From assembly GCA_964016885.1 (NCBI GenBank), contig OZ024761.1, positions 1,922,001 to 1,986,000 on the forward strand: a DNA stretch of 64,000 bases, given 5' to 3'. A program made the translations under genes and the position numbers. The notes below the pieces were generated by a model. That model was not told the origin of the DNA and ran no database searches. It saw only the letters and a list, made by a program, of their open reading frames with translations. Every line of letters starts with the position of its first letter. The stretch's first letter is position 1. This DNA comes from Eledone cirrhosa. Taxonomy: Eukaryota. Below are positions 12,269 to 23,719 of the stretch, piece after piece.

Positions 12269-12410
12269 GTGAGTACCTTGTTGTGTTTACATTCACTATA
12301 CAGGGCCAGTGAGTACCTTGTTGTGTTTACATCTACTATACAGGGGCAGTGAGTACCTTGTTGTTTACACCCACTATATAGGGCAATAAGTACCTTGTTG
12401 TGTTTACATC
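12264..12410 (+). repeat. 40-bp minisatellite, about 4 copies, overlapping the splice donor
   Basis: Repeated CAGTGAGTACCTTGTTGTGTTTACA. Confidence 0.9.
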
Positions 12411-12473
12411 CCTTAGATCTGTAAACAGTAAAATTATGGTGAAGTATGATGTATTATCTGTGTTTCCCGTCAG

Positions 12474-12524
12474 GTCCCGATATGGCAGCAGAAAATAGGA
12501 GAATCAAACAAACCAGTTGTGTGG
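12474..12524 (+). CDS. NTAQ1: NTAQ1 exon VPIWQQKIGESNKPVVW
   Basis: CAG acceptor, GTAAGT donor, phase 0/0; matches the family IPIW.Q....PVIW segment. Confidence 0.92.
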
Positions 12525-12784
12525 GTAAGTCACATTATTAATTCTTTGGACTTCATTTTTTGTCTTCATATTTAGAGTTGTTCTTTTTCTTCTTTCTTCA
12601 TCTTCCCATAAAATTATTGACCCTTTGGGACTGTTGTCTTCATCTTAAGTGGTGAAAAATGTTTTAATATTTACATCTACACCATGTTTCAATCAGTGAA
12701 TTGGCAGTCATAGGAACATCAAATATAATGCTTTGTGTTATTTGTTCTGGCTCTCTTCACTCTGAGTTATATATGTATATATAT

Positions 12785-13465
12785 AACAAAGGAATTGTGG
12801 TAAGGAACCAGATGGACCATAACGTACCAAAGTACTCAATACTTAGGGTAGTAGAGTGGGTAATATGTCTATATATATATAGACCCCCTGTAAAGCCGGC
12901 TTTATAAAATTCTTTCACTACAATCTCGTATTTAGTATACTTCCCATTCTCCACCTATTAAACTTTTCTATAGCTTAGCAATACCAATGAGAAATTTGGT
13001 GATTGTTGAAGTGGAGTAGTAACCAGAAATTGTTTTTATATATTTATTTCCTTATTTTTATAATGGGTTTTTTAGTTTTTTTTTTACTCCCTTTCGATTT
13101 ACCTATTCTTTCACCCCCCCCCCCTCCTCTTCTCCAGTACACTTTTTTCAACCTTTTATACACTATCCTTAGAATCTGGTGTATAGATTTCACTTTCAAC
13201 GCCTGACTGGGTTTCCCCACTCCCTCTTTGTTCTACCGGCAAGTTCAGCCACCCCTACCTCCCACCAAATGCCATGATAGATTTATCTGTCTTTACAACA
13301 AATTTTTGACCAATCCTCTTGACAATTACTATCTTCCCATATAAGGAAATACCCCCTGAGAAGTTCGGCTATTTATTTACCAGGCTAAAAATTCTTATTT
13401 AGTCCAGAAATAGCCGTCGAAACGGCTTGAGCTCTGCCATCGGGGTCATACTTGTTCCTATATAT
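12785..13465 (+). mobile_element. Non-coding hammerhead-containing insert in an NTAQ1 intron (PLE terminal or retrozyme-like)
   Basis: Bounded by TA runs; hammerhead-like fold near the 3' end; no credible ORF. Confidence 0.45.
13351..13446 (+). ncRNA. Type-I hammerhead-like motif, partly decayed
   Basis: ACCCC/GGGGT stem I; core CTGAGAA; stem II CGGCTATTT/AAATAGCCG; GAAA-CGGC..GCC-ATC. Confidence 0.6.
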
Positions 13466-13496
13466 ATATAGACATATATATATATATATATGTGAT

Positions 13497-14267
13497 ATCA
13501 TGATCATTGTTTTTACATTCACTTTTCCAACGCTTGCATGGGTTGGACAGATTCTTCTCAGCATGGCATCTCTCCACCTATTGCGATCCTGGGTCTACCT
13601 CTATCGTGACTTCCTTCCACTGACATTTCCTGGCACTACTTCGTTCGATGGTTATTGTCCTTATGCATCACATGTCCAAACCAACACAGTCTTCTCTCCT
13701 GCACACCACATCAGATTCCCCTTAAACCCAGCTTCTCCCTCAACTCGTCCAAGCTCTGCCTTTCTCTCACACTTAAATTGCATATCCAATGAAAAATGGT
13801 TGCTGCATTTCTCTCCAGTCTATGCATGTCCTCTGCAGTCACAGACCATGTTTCACTATCATGCAGCATCACACTTTGCACACAGGCATCATACACTTGT
13901 CCTTTTGTACATAGGGAGAAACCTTCTGTGGTTGACAGTGGGAGAAGCACTCTGAACGTTTTCCATCCTATCCTTATTCTAGCTATTATGCTCTCAGAGC
14001 ACCCCTCCATCGCTACTTAGGTTGCAGCTATCAACTATTTCTATGGGTCCTTCCTGTGACTGGAATAAGTTTACATTACTGGTTATCTTCCCCTATGCAT
14101 CCACTACAAACAAAGTCTCCCCTTCCTGTTAGTATACTCATTATCCCATCTCTTGTATACCTAAGATTTACATTGTGTACATTGTATGCCTATTCCCTTT
14201 CTACATATTGAGCAGGACCACTTCCCTGAAGGAATCAAGGCTCTATCTTCTCTCCTACTCACTAGCG

Positions 14268-14268
<1 letters not shown>
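13497..14268 (-). mobile_element. Decayed RTE LINE 3' fragment
   Basis: GCSESIIARIRIGWKTFR...MLHDSETW...RLERN. Confidence 0.85.
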
Positions 14269-14317
<49 letters not shown>

Positions 14318-14397
14318 CACATGAGCACCATTGATTTACAGATATACATATATCATCATTGTTTTGTTTCTAAACACATCAGCACCATTGTTATATA

Positions 14398-15683
14398 CAG
14401 GGTGCGGACGATATTTGTTCGCAAGATTACTGTCTAGGAAAAAATAACAAAGTAGTTTCATTTTTTAAGATATATTTATCAAACTTGGGTCAGTCATGAC
14501 TTGTTCTTTCGATCTCACTCGATAAACCCGCCATTGGCTTTGATGACGGCCTCAAGGCGGCCTCGGAACCGGCTACAGGCCTTCGTCACTGTCCTCCAAC
14601 TTAGGCCCCTAAAGGCATTTGTGATCCTGGCCTTCAGATCGTCTTTCGTATTGCAGCTAGATCTGTTGGTCTCGTTCCACTGCGCCCCACACAAAGAAGT
14701 CGAGGGGGTTGCAGTCAGGCAAGCTGGGAAGCCAGATGTCAGGTGAAGTGTGGTCGACGAAGTTCTCTGACAGCCAGGCTTGGGTCTTTCGGCTGGTATG
14801 GCAGAGCGCTGAGTCTTGCTGCCACACGTACAGCCTACCTGGTCGATCCAGGGCTTTACTACCTCGCTCAGAACGCGGATGTAGCCATCGGTGTTCAGCT
14901 TGAGGCCCTCAGGGAAGAAGTGAGGTGGTATGACGTCACCTTGACTGCTGACGACACCTAAGACCAATGTTGTCGCTGGAAACTTTGTCTGCATGACTCT
15001 GGGCACGTCTTTGGATGAGACAGCGAGCCACCTGTTGTTCTGGGAGTTGATCTTCTGGTCTTGGCAGAAGTTTTTCTCGTCGGAGAAAAACCACAGCATG
15101 TCTGGCTCCAGTGGGTGTTTCAACTTGTTGATCAGCTTCTTTGTGTGCTTCAGTCGCTTTTCTTGCATCGCCTTTGACAGAAATTGTCCTTTCCTCATCT
15201 TGTATGAAACGTAGCGAATGTCTTCATGTACCACCAGCCTAATGAGCTTTTCATCCATGCCTTTCTCCCTTGCAATGGCACACATCGACTTGCTAGGTTC
15301 ATTAGTGATGATATCCTGAACTTCAGCAACGAACTCGGGCGTTCTGAAGGCTTCAGATCGTCGATCATGTGCTTTCCTCTCTGATGTTGCTTCGTAGTCG
15401 AATCCTGAATCTTCCAATTCATTTCTGACCTTTTCCACCATTCTCCTGCTGACGCTGAGAAAGTCTGAAATTTCCTTATTTGACCTCCCGGCGCGGATTC
15501 CAAGAAGAACTCCGTGTCTCTTCCACAAATTTGGAGGTTCAAAATTATTCATAATCAATTATTCTGAAAATAAATAAGGGAAATATAGTCACTGTTTTTA
15601 TGAAGACAAGAGTGACAACGGAAGTAAAAAAATTTGCATAAAATAGCAATTGAAAATTGCGAACAAATATCGTCCACAGTCTG
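14398..15683 (-). mobile_element. Tc1/mariner DD37D (maT-like) transposon, full length
   Basis: 27-bp TIR CAGGGTGCGGACGATATTTGTTCGCAA (3 mismatches), TA on both sides. Confidence 0.92.
14515..15558 (-). pseudogene. DD37D transposase with two compensating frameshifts
   Basis: FSDEKNF is in the main frame; QQD-x37-D (…PDCNPLD) lies in a shifted frame. Confidence 0.85.
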
Positions 15684-15715
15684 TATATATCTATATATCT
15701 AAAACAGACTTTGTT

Positions 15716-15766
15716 AGTTTCAGAAGATCCCGTTAAGGGTGAAAGCAGCAATTCTTTGCTTAAACT
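15716..15766 (+). ncRNA. Variant hammerhead-like motif (second copy 26647-26697)
   Basis: AGTTT/AAACT stem I; core CAGAAGA; CCC/GGG stem II; GAAA-GCA..TGC-TT. Confidence 0.4.
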
Positions 15767-15791
15767 TTAATCTGTTATTTTAATATATATA

Positions 15792-16243
15792 TCATCATCA
15801 TCATCATCATTTTACGTCCGCTTTTCCCTGCTTGCAAGGGTGGGACGGGTCTTATTCAACACAGCATCTCTCCACTTGTCACGGTCCTTTGTCATCTCCA
15901 CCTCCGCCCATGTTTTTCGTGGTCTACCTCTACCACGTCTTCCTTCAGCTGGCACTTCTTCACCCATTGGTCATCCTCCATGCGCATCACATGTCCATAC
16001 CACTGCAGTCTCCTCTCTCGCACACTACATTCTATCCCTCTCAGACATAGTTTCTCTCTCAACACATCCATGCTGGGTCGTTCACGCACATTGATATTGC
16101 ACATCCAATGGAGCATGCTTGCCTCATTTCTCTCCAGCCGTTGCATGTCCTCTGCAGTTGCTGCCCAAGTCTCACTACCAAGTCTCACTACCATGCAGCG
16201 TCGCGCTCCTGACACAGGCATCATATAACCGGCCTTTCGTACA
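15792..16243 (-). mobile_element. RTE LINE 3' part with (GAT)n tail
   Basis: KGRLYDACVR, GSETWAATAEDMQRLER. Confidence 0.88.
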
Positions 16244-16244
16244 C

Positions 16245-16560
16245 AGATATTTTGGCATACACAATAACAAAATATAAACAAATGTATTTATTTCATGAGG
16301 CTCGATAAGAATAAATATATATCAAATATATAAGAACCCTAGAGCAAATCCCGTGCAACGCCGGGCCAGTCTGCTAGTATACTACTAAAACTCTGCGATT
16401 GCTTGCTTGTCTGTAATGCACTACAGCCAAAAGGGTGCATAATGGGAAAATACTTTGAAAGGAAGTTGCCCCTGAAATGGGAATACAAATGGAATAAAAC
16501 AAGTTTTGCGTAAATCGGAGCATGGGTTCCAGAGAAATGGGGTTTTCTGGGTACCTTTAT
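16245..16560 (+). mobile_element. Helitron-like 3' end (hairpin plus CTAG 16374-77) followed by a probable Helitron 5' fragment
   Basis: CCCGTGCAACGCCGGG..CTGCTAG|TATACTACTAAAA. Confidence 0.6.
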
Positions 16561-16753
16561 AAACAGAGAGAAAGAGAGAGGAAGAGATAGTGGTTGTGAG
16601 AGAGTAGATTGCAAGAGAGACATAGGGAGAGGAGACAGAAGGAGAATGGAAAAGAGAGCTGGTGGTATTGTGTATGTATATATATATGAGTGTGTATATA
16701 TATACATGTGTGTGTGTGTGTCTATGACCAGTGTATATAGATCAGACACCCAC

Positions 16754-16787
<34 letters not shown>

Positions 16788-16804
16788 GTATACACATACA
16801 TATA

Positions 16805-19297
16805 CATGTTGCAACACTTAATGTTGGCACTCTCACAGGTAGATCTGCTGAAATAGTGGAGATGCTGGAGAGAAGGCAGGTGGATGTGTGCTGCGTGCAA
16901 GAGGTGAGATGGAGAGGTGCCTCTGCAAGTCGTAGGCAAACGTCTTAGCTATAAGCTATTCTGGGTAGGTAAGGATGATGGGTTAGGGGGAGTAGGCATT
17001 TTCCTGGCTGAGAAATGGATCAATAAGAAAATAGAGGTAGTTCTAGTTAGTAATCGAATAATTAAGCTTAGATTAGTTGTAGGCAGGAGACTACTGACAA
17101 TCATCTCTGCCTATGCTCCCCAAGGTAAAGATGAGAAAGACTGCTTTTATGAGCAACTTTTGCAAACAACCGCAATGACAGAGGACGGAGACATCATTAT
17201 GCTAGCAGGAGACTTCAATGGTCATGTTGGACAGCTCCAGGATGGTTACACTGGGGTACATGGTGGGCACGGTTACGGTTCAAGAAATGAAGGAGGAGTG
17301 AGACTTCTTGAATTTTGTGATGCAGGTACATTGACTATTTGCAACACAAACTTCCAGAAACCTGCCAATCACCTAATAACCTACAAATCTGGTGAGCACA
17401 TAAGCCAGATTGACTTCTTACTAGTTAGGCAGCGGGACAGGCAGATAGTGTCTAATACCAAGGCATACCCTGGGGAAGAATGTACCCCACAGCATAGGTT
17501 AGTTGTTAGTGATATCTCAGTAAGCAAGAGATGGAATGAGACATATAGGAAGGTGTGGAGAAGAAAGGTCTGGAAGCTAAAAGACCTTTCACTAAAATAC
17601 AAATTTAGGAAAGCCCTTCAAGATGTATATGACAAAAAAGAAGACGATTTAGAGACGTATGACATAGATAATAACTGGAATTTCTTACGTGACAACTTGC
17701 TGCAGGCTACTGATGAAACTTGTGGCTGGAGCAGAGCTCCAACCAGACAGAGAGTGACCCGGTGGTGGAACAGCACAGTAGATGAGGCTATTAGAGACAA
17801 AAGACTAGCATGGAAGGCTTCGAAAAAGGGTGGGAGTAGGGAAGAATATACAGCCACTAAGAGAGAAGCTAGACGTCAGGTGTACTTAGCACCCAGGGAG
17901 GCAGAGAGTAGGAGGTTTGCCAATGTTCTGCGACGGGAAGATCAGAGGTGTGTTCCACATTGCAAGGCAGTGTGTCAATGCAAATCAGGATGTTGTTGGA
18001 GATAAATGTGTCCGGGATGATGCCGGTGTACTTAGTGTCACGAATGATCAGAAAAAGGACGCCTGGAAATGTCATTATGAGAGACTGATGAATGTGGAGA
18101 ACAAATGGGAGAGAGAGAAATTACCCTTGGTAGGTCCAACAGAGGGACCAGCTATTGAGATTGATGAATATAGGGTCCAAGAGGCGATTAGGGAAATGAA
18201 AAATGGTAAGGCTGCCGGACCATCGGGAATAGTTGCTGAGATGCTGAAGGCATCAGGGGATGTAGGCACTAAACTGGTTGTACGCATCATCAACCAGGCT
18301 ATATATGGTGGTGTCATACCCAAAGACTGGTGCAGCAGTATTCTCATAAATTGCTACAAAGGTAAAGGGGATGCTCTGGAGAGGAGCAATTATAGGGGTA
18401 TAAAACTGATAGATCAGGTTATGAAAGTGGCAGAAAGGATTTTAGCACAACTAATTAGAGAAAGGGTCAAACTAGATGAGATGCAGTTTGGTTTTGTGCC
18501 TGGGAAGAGTACAACAGATGCCCTCTTCTTGGTGAGACAATTGCAAGAGAGGTTCTTAGAGAAGAATAAGCCACTATACTTAGCCTTTGTTGACCTAGAG
18601 AAGGCCTTTGATAGGGTACCCCGATCTGTCATCTGGTGGTCCCTAAGGAAGCTAGGTGTTGAGGAATGGCTTGTGAGGACAGTGCAAACTTTGTACAGAG
18701 GTACTCTCAGTAAAGTCAGTGTAGGAATGGAGTTTAGTGAGGAATTCCAGATACAAGTAGGAGTACATCAGGGTTCGGTCCACAGCCCGCTCTTGTTCAT
18801 TATAGTCCTCCAAGCCATAACAGAGGAGTTTAAGACTGGCTGTCCATGGGAACTTCTCTATGCTGACGATCTGGTTCTTATAGCAGAATCAGTAGAGGAG
18901 CTAGAGAATAAATTCTGGCTATGGAAACAGCAGTTGGAAGCAAGAGGACTGAGAGTGAATCTAGCTAAGACAAAAGTGTTGATGAGTAGAAAAGAGGACA
19001 AAACCCTGATTCCGTCAGGGAAATGGCCATGTTCGATATGCAGAAAAGGAACTGACATAAATTCTATAAAATGCACACAATGCAGATCCTGGGTACACAA
19101 GAGATGTAGCGGGATAGCAGGAAAACTAACAGGTAGGGAGAAATATGTATGCAGTAGATGTACAGGGAAATTAGACAGGAGAAGTCACATTGATAGACAC
19201 ATTTTTCAAATGCAGGAGGGCGCTATAGAAGTGGTGGATAGCTTCCGGTACCTAGGAGATCAGATTAGCATGGGAGGAGGGTGTTCCGAGGCCATAG
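16805..19297 (+). mobile_element. RTE LINE APE-RT, frameshifted, lacking its 3' end
   Basis: TLNVGTLTGRS, VQEVRW, GDFNGHVG, QHRLV, FVDLEKAFDRV, LLYADDL. Confidence 0.93.
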
Positions 19298-19444
19298 TAT
19301 ATATATATATATATATTACGCAATATATATATATATTACAGAAATGTGTATACATTTCTGTGTGTGTATATATATATATATTACACACACAGAAATGTAT
19401 ATATATTTCTGTGTGTATATATATATATTTCTGTGTGTGTTTAT

Positions 19445-19907
19445 ATCATCATCATCATCATCGTTTAACGTCCATGTTCCACGCTTGCATGGGTTTGGAC
19501 GGGAGTTTTCCCACTTGAGGCAAGAGTGGTTGTCTTGCTCGCATAGGACTGTCTGGCGGGTTTTCTACAGCTGGATGCCCTTCCTAACACCAACCACATT
19601 TACAGTGTGGGGCTGGGAGTTTTTTACCGTGTTGCCTACACAGCCACATTACAGCGTGGACTGTCTGGCGTAATTTCTACAGCTGGATGCCCTTCCTAAC
19701 ACCAACCACATTTACAGTGTGGGACTGGGAGGTTTTTACCGTGTTGCCTACACGGCCACATTACAGCGTGGACAGTGTGTTTTTTGTCGTGACACCTACA
19801 TGATCTCATTTGTCTCGGCCTGGATGTTGTGGCACCAACATAACTTTACATTGAAAGGGGCGGTGTGGAGGTGGTGGGACGGGGGTGTATTTTGTTAGAG
19901 ATGCCTA
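19445..19907 (-). mobile_element. RTE 3' UTR fragment (same family as 6925-7268) with an internal tandem duplication of about 112 bp
   Basis: Near identity to the 6925-7268 segment. Confidence 0.85.
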
Positions 19908-20116
19908 TATATATATATTACACACACAGAAATGTATATATATTTCTGTGTGTACATATATATATTACACACACAGAAATGTATATATATTTCTTAGAAC
20001 AAAATTATTATTAATGTTTTGCTGTTCATAACAATTGGAATTGAAAAATTACTTTTGAAATTATTAGTTATTTTACTAATGCTTAGATATGTAAAAATGA
20101 AGCAATGTTTCTAATA

Positions 20117-20307
20117 ATTGTTTCTACTTTTGGCACAAGGCCAGCAATTACCCAGTACATTACTGGTACTTTATTTTATTGACCCCGTGAGGATGAAAGG
20201 CAAAGTTAACCTCGACGGTATTTGAACTCAGACTGTAAAGGGACGTAACTCCATGCTATGAAGCATGGTGTCCGACTCTCTACAGATTCTGCCAATCCAC
20301 CGCCCCA
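20117..20307 (-). mobile_element. Near full-length tRNA-derived SINE
   Basis: Minus-strand A-box TGGCAGAATC, B-box GTTCAAAT, conserved core, GTAGAAACAATT end. Confidence 0.82.
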
Positions 20308-21173
20308 ATGTCTGTACGTAATGAGGGAGTGAGAGGGGAGAGAAAGAAAGGCAGAGGTGTTGTGACGAAGTGACTCTCTCCTCCTCCTCCTCCTCCATCT
20401 CCCCATTCGTCACAGCGATAGAGGGGAGGAATGTTAGTGTGTTACAAAGAGAAAGAGTGAGAGAAACAGACAGACTAAAAGAGAGGGATAGCTGGAGAGA
20501 GAGAGAGATAGCAACAGATACAGTACAGTAGCTAAGGGATGTATATATATTTCTGTGTGTATATATATATACATTTCTGTGTGTGTAATATATATATATA
20601 TACACACAGAAATATATATACATTTCTGTGTGTGTATATATATATATATATATATTACACACACAGAAATGTATATATATTTCTGTGTGTGTATATATAT
20701 ATATTACACACACAGAAATGTATATATATATTTCTGTGTGTATATATATATATATTACACACACACAGAAATGTATATATGTTTCTGTAGCACTCCTCAA
20801 TTCCCCCCCCCCCCTCTCCCTCCCGCTATCCCCCTCTTGTAGTCTGTCTCTTTCTTTCACTCTCACTTTCTTTCACTCTCACTCTCTCTCTACCCGTGCG
20901 CAAAAAACATTCGCACGCGCGCACGTGTTTCCACTGTCGGACAGACAGACAGACAAACAGAGAAATTGCTGGTTATATATATAAGTAGATATATATATAC
21001 ATGCATACACACACACAATCGTTTTACATATATAACTATAGTTTTATATATATACATACATTATCATTGTTATACATATATTATTGTTTTGTACATACAC
21101 ACACACACATATAGTCTAAAGATTTGATTAATAACAGTAAAAGTGATGTGAAATATTTTTGCTCTACTTTCAG

Positions 21174-21319
21174 GATTACCATGTGATATTTCTCTGGAGA
21201 CTAGAAGGAGAGGGTTATATTTATGATTTGGACAGCAATTTACCATTTCCCTGTAAACTGGAGATGTATATTAATGAAGCTATTAAGTCTGATCATATCT
21301 TACAGCCACAATACCACAG
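21174..21319 (+). CDS. NTAQ1: NTAQ1 exon carrying the catalytic His and Asp
   Basis: TTTCAG acceptor; DYHVIFL...IYDLDSNLPFPC...QPQYHR; GT donor; completes the W|DYHV motif. Confidence 0.95.
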
Positions 21320-21432
21320 GTGTGTATGTAGAGTTGTGTGTGTGTATATATATATATATGTATATCTATGTATGTATATGTATATCTATATATGTATGTA
21401 AATCTATGTATGTATATGTCTATGTATATATA

Positions 21433-21600
21433 TAAATATAAAGAAGAAATTAAAAGATGGTTAAAAGAGTTCCATATATTTTATTATGTGCATTTCGAAT
21501 ACAAAATCATACTGGGAGAAAAATTGTGTCCAAGGATGATTTTGTATTCAAAATGCGCATAATAAAATATATGGAACTCTTTTAATTTCTTCTTTATATA
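21433..21600. repeat. Inverted repeat of a PLE-terminal-like sequence related to 32935-32990
   Basis: AAAAGAGTTCCATATATTTTATTATG.GCATTT.GAATACAAAATCAT and its reverse complement. Confidence 0.75.
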
Positions 21601-22199
21601 TACTCCAGTTCTACCAACTGTTGAGTGTTACTTATCTGATATATGCATAGTTTTATTGTTCTACAATATTACTCACCTTCTACATATATATAAATATATG
21701 TAGTTTTATATCATCATCGTTTTACGTCCATTTTTCCACGCTAGCATGGGTTAGACAAGTTTTCATCTTGTAGTCAATACCAGGTCAGGTGATCATGTCT
21801 TGCTCATACTAAACTGATTTAGGCTTGGTTTCTACAGCTGGATACCCTTCTTAATGCTAACCTCATTTACAGTGAGTACTGGGTGCTTTTTGTTGTGACG
21901 CCTATACAACCACTTTACACTGTGGGCTGGGTTTTGATATATATATATGTGTATAGATATGTGTTGTCAGATATATACTTTTATTTGTGTAACTGTTGAT
22001 GTTTATATATATAGACCAACATTACACCACAATATCTGAAATAGTGTTTTGTCTCCCTTATATACTTATATTTATATAATTGTTTCTACTTTAGGCACAA
22101 GGCCAGCAATTACCCAGTGCATTACTGGTACTTTATTTTATATAATATTTCTTTTTCAGATTTCTATACGTCAGAGTATAATATATATTTATCTCCCTT

Positions 22200-23090
22200 C
22201 ATGTATTCCATCAGGCATCAATCTTTCCGGTCTCAGAGGGCCTGTGAAGGGCTTGGGTTCTGTTCCCCCCCCCTCCTGACCTACCAAGTTAAAATCTAAA
22301 ATAATTTTTTCTTCTTACCTTATTTGTCCTGTAGACTGGTGGAACGTTGGGGGCATCACAGATGACCTGGTTACCAGCTCCTTCCATTCCTCTTGCTTCT
22401 CCACCTTCCTCAGGGTTACACCCAGCTTCATGCCTGTCCATTCCGGGATGTTGACCTCCCATCCCTTTCTCTGTCTGCCTCTCTTTCTCCCTTCTTGTAC
22501 TGTACTCTGCAGGACAGTCTTGGTAAGCCCTGAAGATCTTGTCATGTGCCCATACCATCTCAATTTGTATTTTTTTTACAATGGACAACAGGTCTCCGTA
22601 GGGCCCGATGGCTTGCCAAATTCTGTTTAGCACCTCCTCAATGGAGATGCGGTCTCTGTAGGTGATGCCAAGGAGCTTTCTGAAGTATCTCATCTCCATA
22701 GACTGTATTCTTCTCTCCAGATCTGTTATTGTCCAAGACTCACAGGTATACAAGAATACGGACATGACCAGAGACCACAGTCTGATCTTTGAGCTGAGGT
22801 CTATATTTTTGTCATTCCAGATAGTCTTAAGTTTTGTAAGTGCTGCTGTGATCTGGGCAGATCTGACGAGTACTTCCGGTTTAGATCCTTCATCTGAAAT
22901 GATTGCCCCCAAGTATTTGAAACTGTCGACACACTCTAGTTTCTCGCCGTTGACCCTGATGTCGGTGATGATGCCGTTGGTGTTGTTGGTCTTCACTTCG
23001 GTCTTTTCTGCACTGATCTGTTTGTCGTAGGTGGTAGAAGTCTTGTCAAGACATTCCACTAGGTTGGCTAGCTCCTCTTCATTCCTAGAC
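22200..23090 (-). mobile_element. RTE-clade LINE 3' fragment
   Basis: LECVDSFKYLG, FLYTCESWT, WYGHMTR, RGRQRKGW. Confidence 0.88.
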
Positions 23091-23126
23091 CATGATTCTG
23101 TTCCTTACTATATTCTTTATTTTCAG

Positions 23127-23251
23127 GTTTTTCAGAGTTATTGATGCCCAGGTGTTTTTAAAACATTTTGCCTCCAATCGTAAACATATGTTGGACTCAA
23201 GAGGGGTGTGGAGACAGGAACCTCCCTCCTATCCTTGTATTAAAACAGAAG
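23127..23251 (+). CDS. NTAQ1: NTAQ1 exon
   Basis: (R)FFRVIDAQVFLKHFASNRKHML...EPPSYPCIKTE; AG/GT boundaries, phases consistent. Confidence 0.95.
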
Positions 23252-23361
23252 GTAGGTCACTATTTTTATCTGCATGTGTGTGTGTCTGCCTCTCTCATTC
23301 CCTCCCTCTAATAGTGCGTAATTTATTTTTATTAATATATTTATTTTGTTTTTTCTTCCAG

Positions 23362-23483
23362 AGAGTGAGAATAACTTCCAGGATTTTCTAAGTCTTGACC
23401 CCAACGTTGGCTATGGAACAATATTTAGTTTGAAATCTTTTATCGCGGAATATGCCTTGTCTGAAAATATTGACCTTAGATGA
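23362..23483 (+). CDS. NTAQ1: NTAQ1 last coding exon
   Basis: SENNFQDFLSLDPNVGYGTIFSL...LR-TGA; matches the family C-terminus. Confidence 0.92.
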
Positions 23484-23489
23484 AATAAA
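23484..23489 (+). promoter_or_regulatory. Candidate polyadenylation signal
   Basis: AATAAA immediately after the stop codon, with a TG/T-rich tract about 25 nt downstream. Confidence 0.5.
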
Positions 23490-23719
23490 CTTTATTAATT
23501 AAACATAAAACTGTTGTTTTTGTTGTGTCCTATCTTAGCACCCTTAAATATATATCATCATTTCCATTTAACGTCAATTCTTTCATGGATTAGATGGGTC
23601 GTTCATGCCGGGAGGCAAGTCTGGCCATGTCACACTTTGCTTTGGCCAGCTATTTTACAACTGGATGCCCTTCCTAACACCAACTACATTCACAGTGTGG
23701 GACTGGATGACTCCATCGT

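Larger units (their letters stand above)
19298..20785. repeat. Palindromic minisatellite (CACACAGAAAT-(TA)n-ATTTCTGTGTG) in three blocks: 19298-19440, 19905-19995, 20540-20785
   Basis: Seen directly. Confidence 0.85.

Noticed and set aside
12264-12410. CRISPR-like periodicity (also 23720-24805)
   Set aside because: No unique spacers, no cas genes, eukaryotic context
20240-20307. tRNA gene
   Set aside because: A/B boxes without a cloverleaf, contiguous with a SINE body
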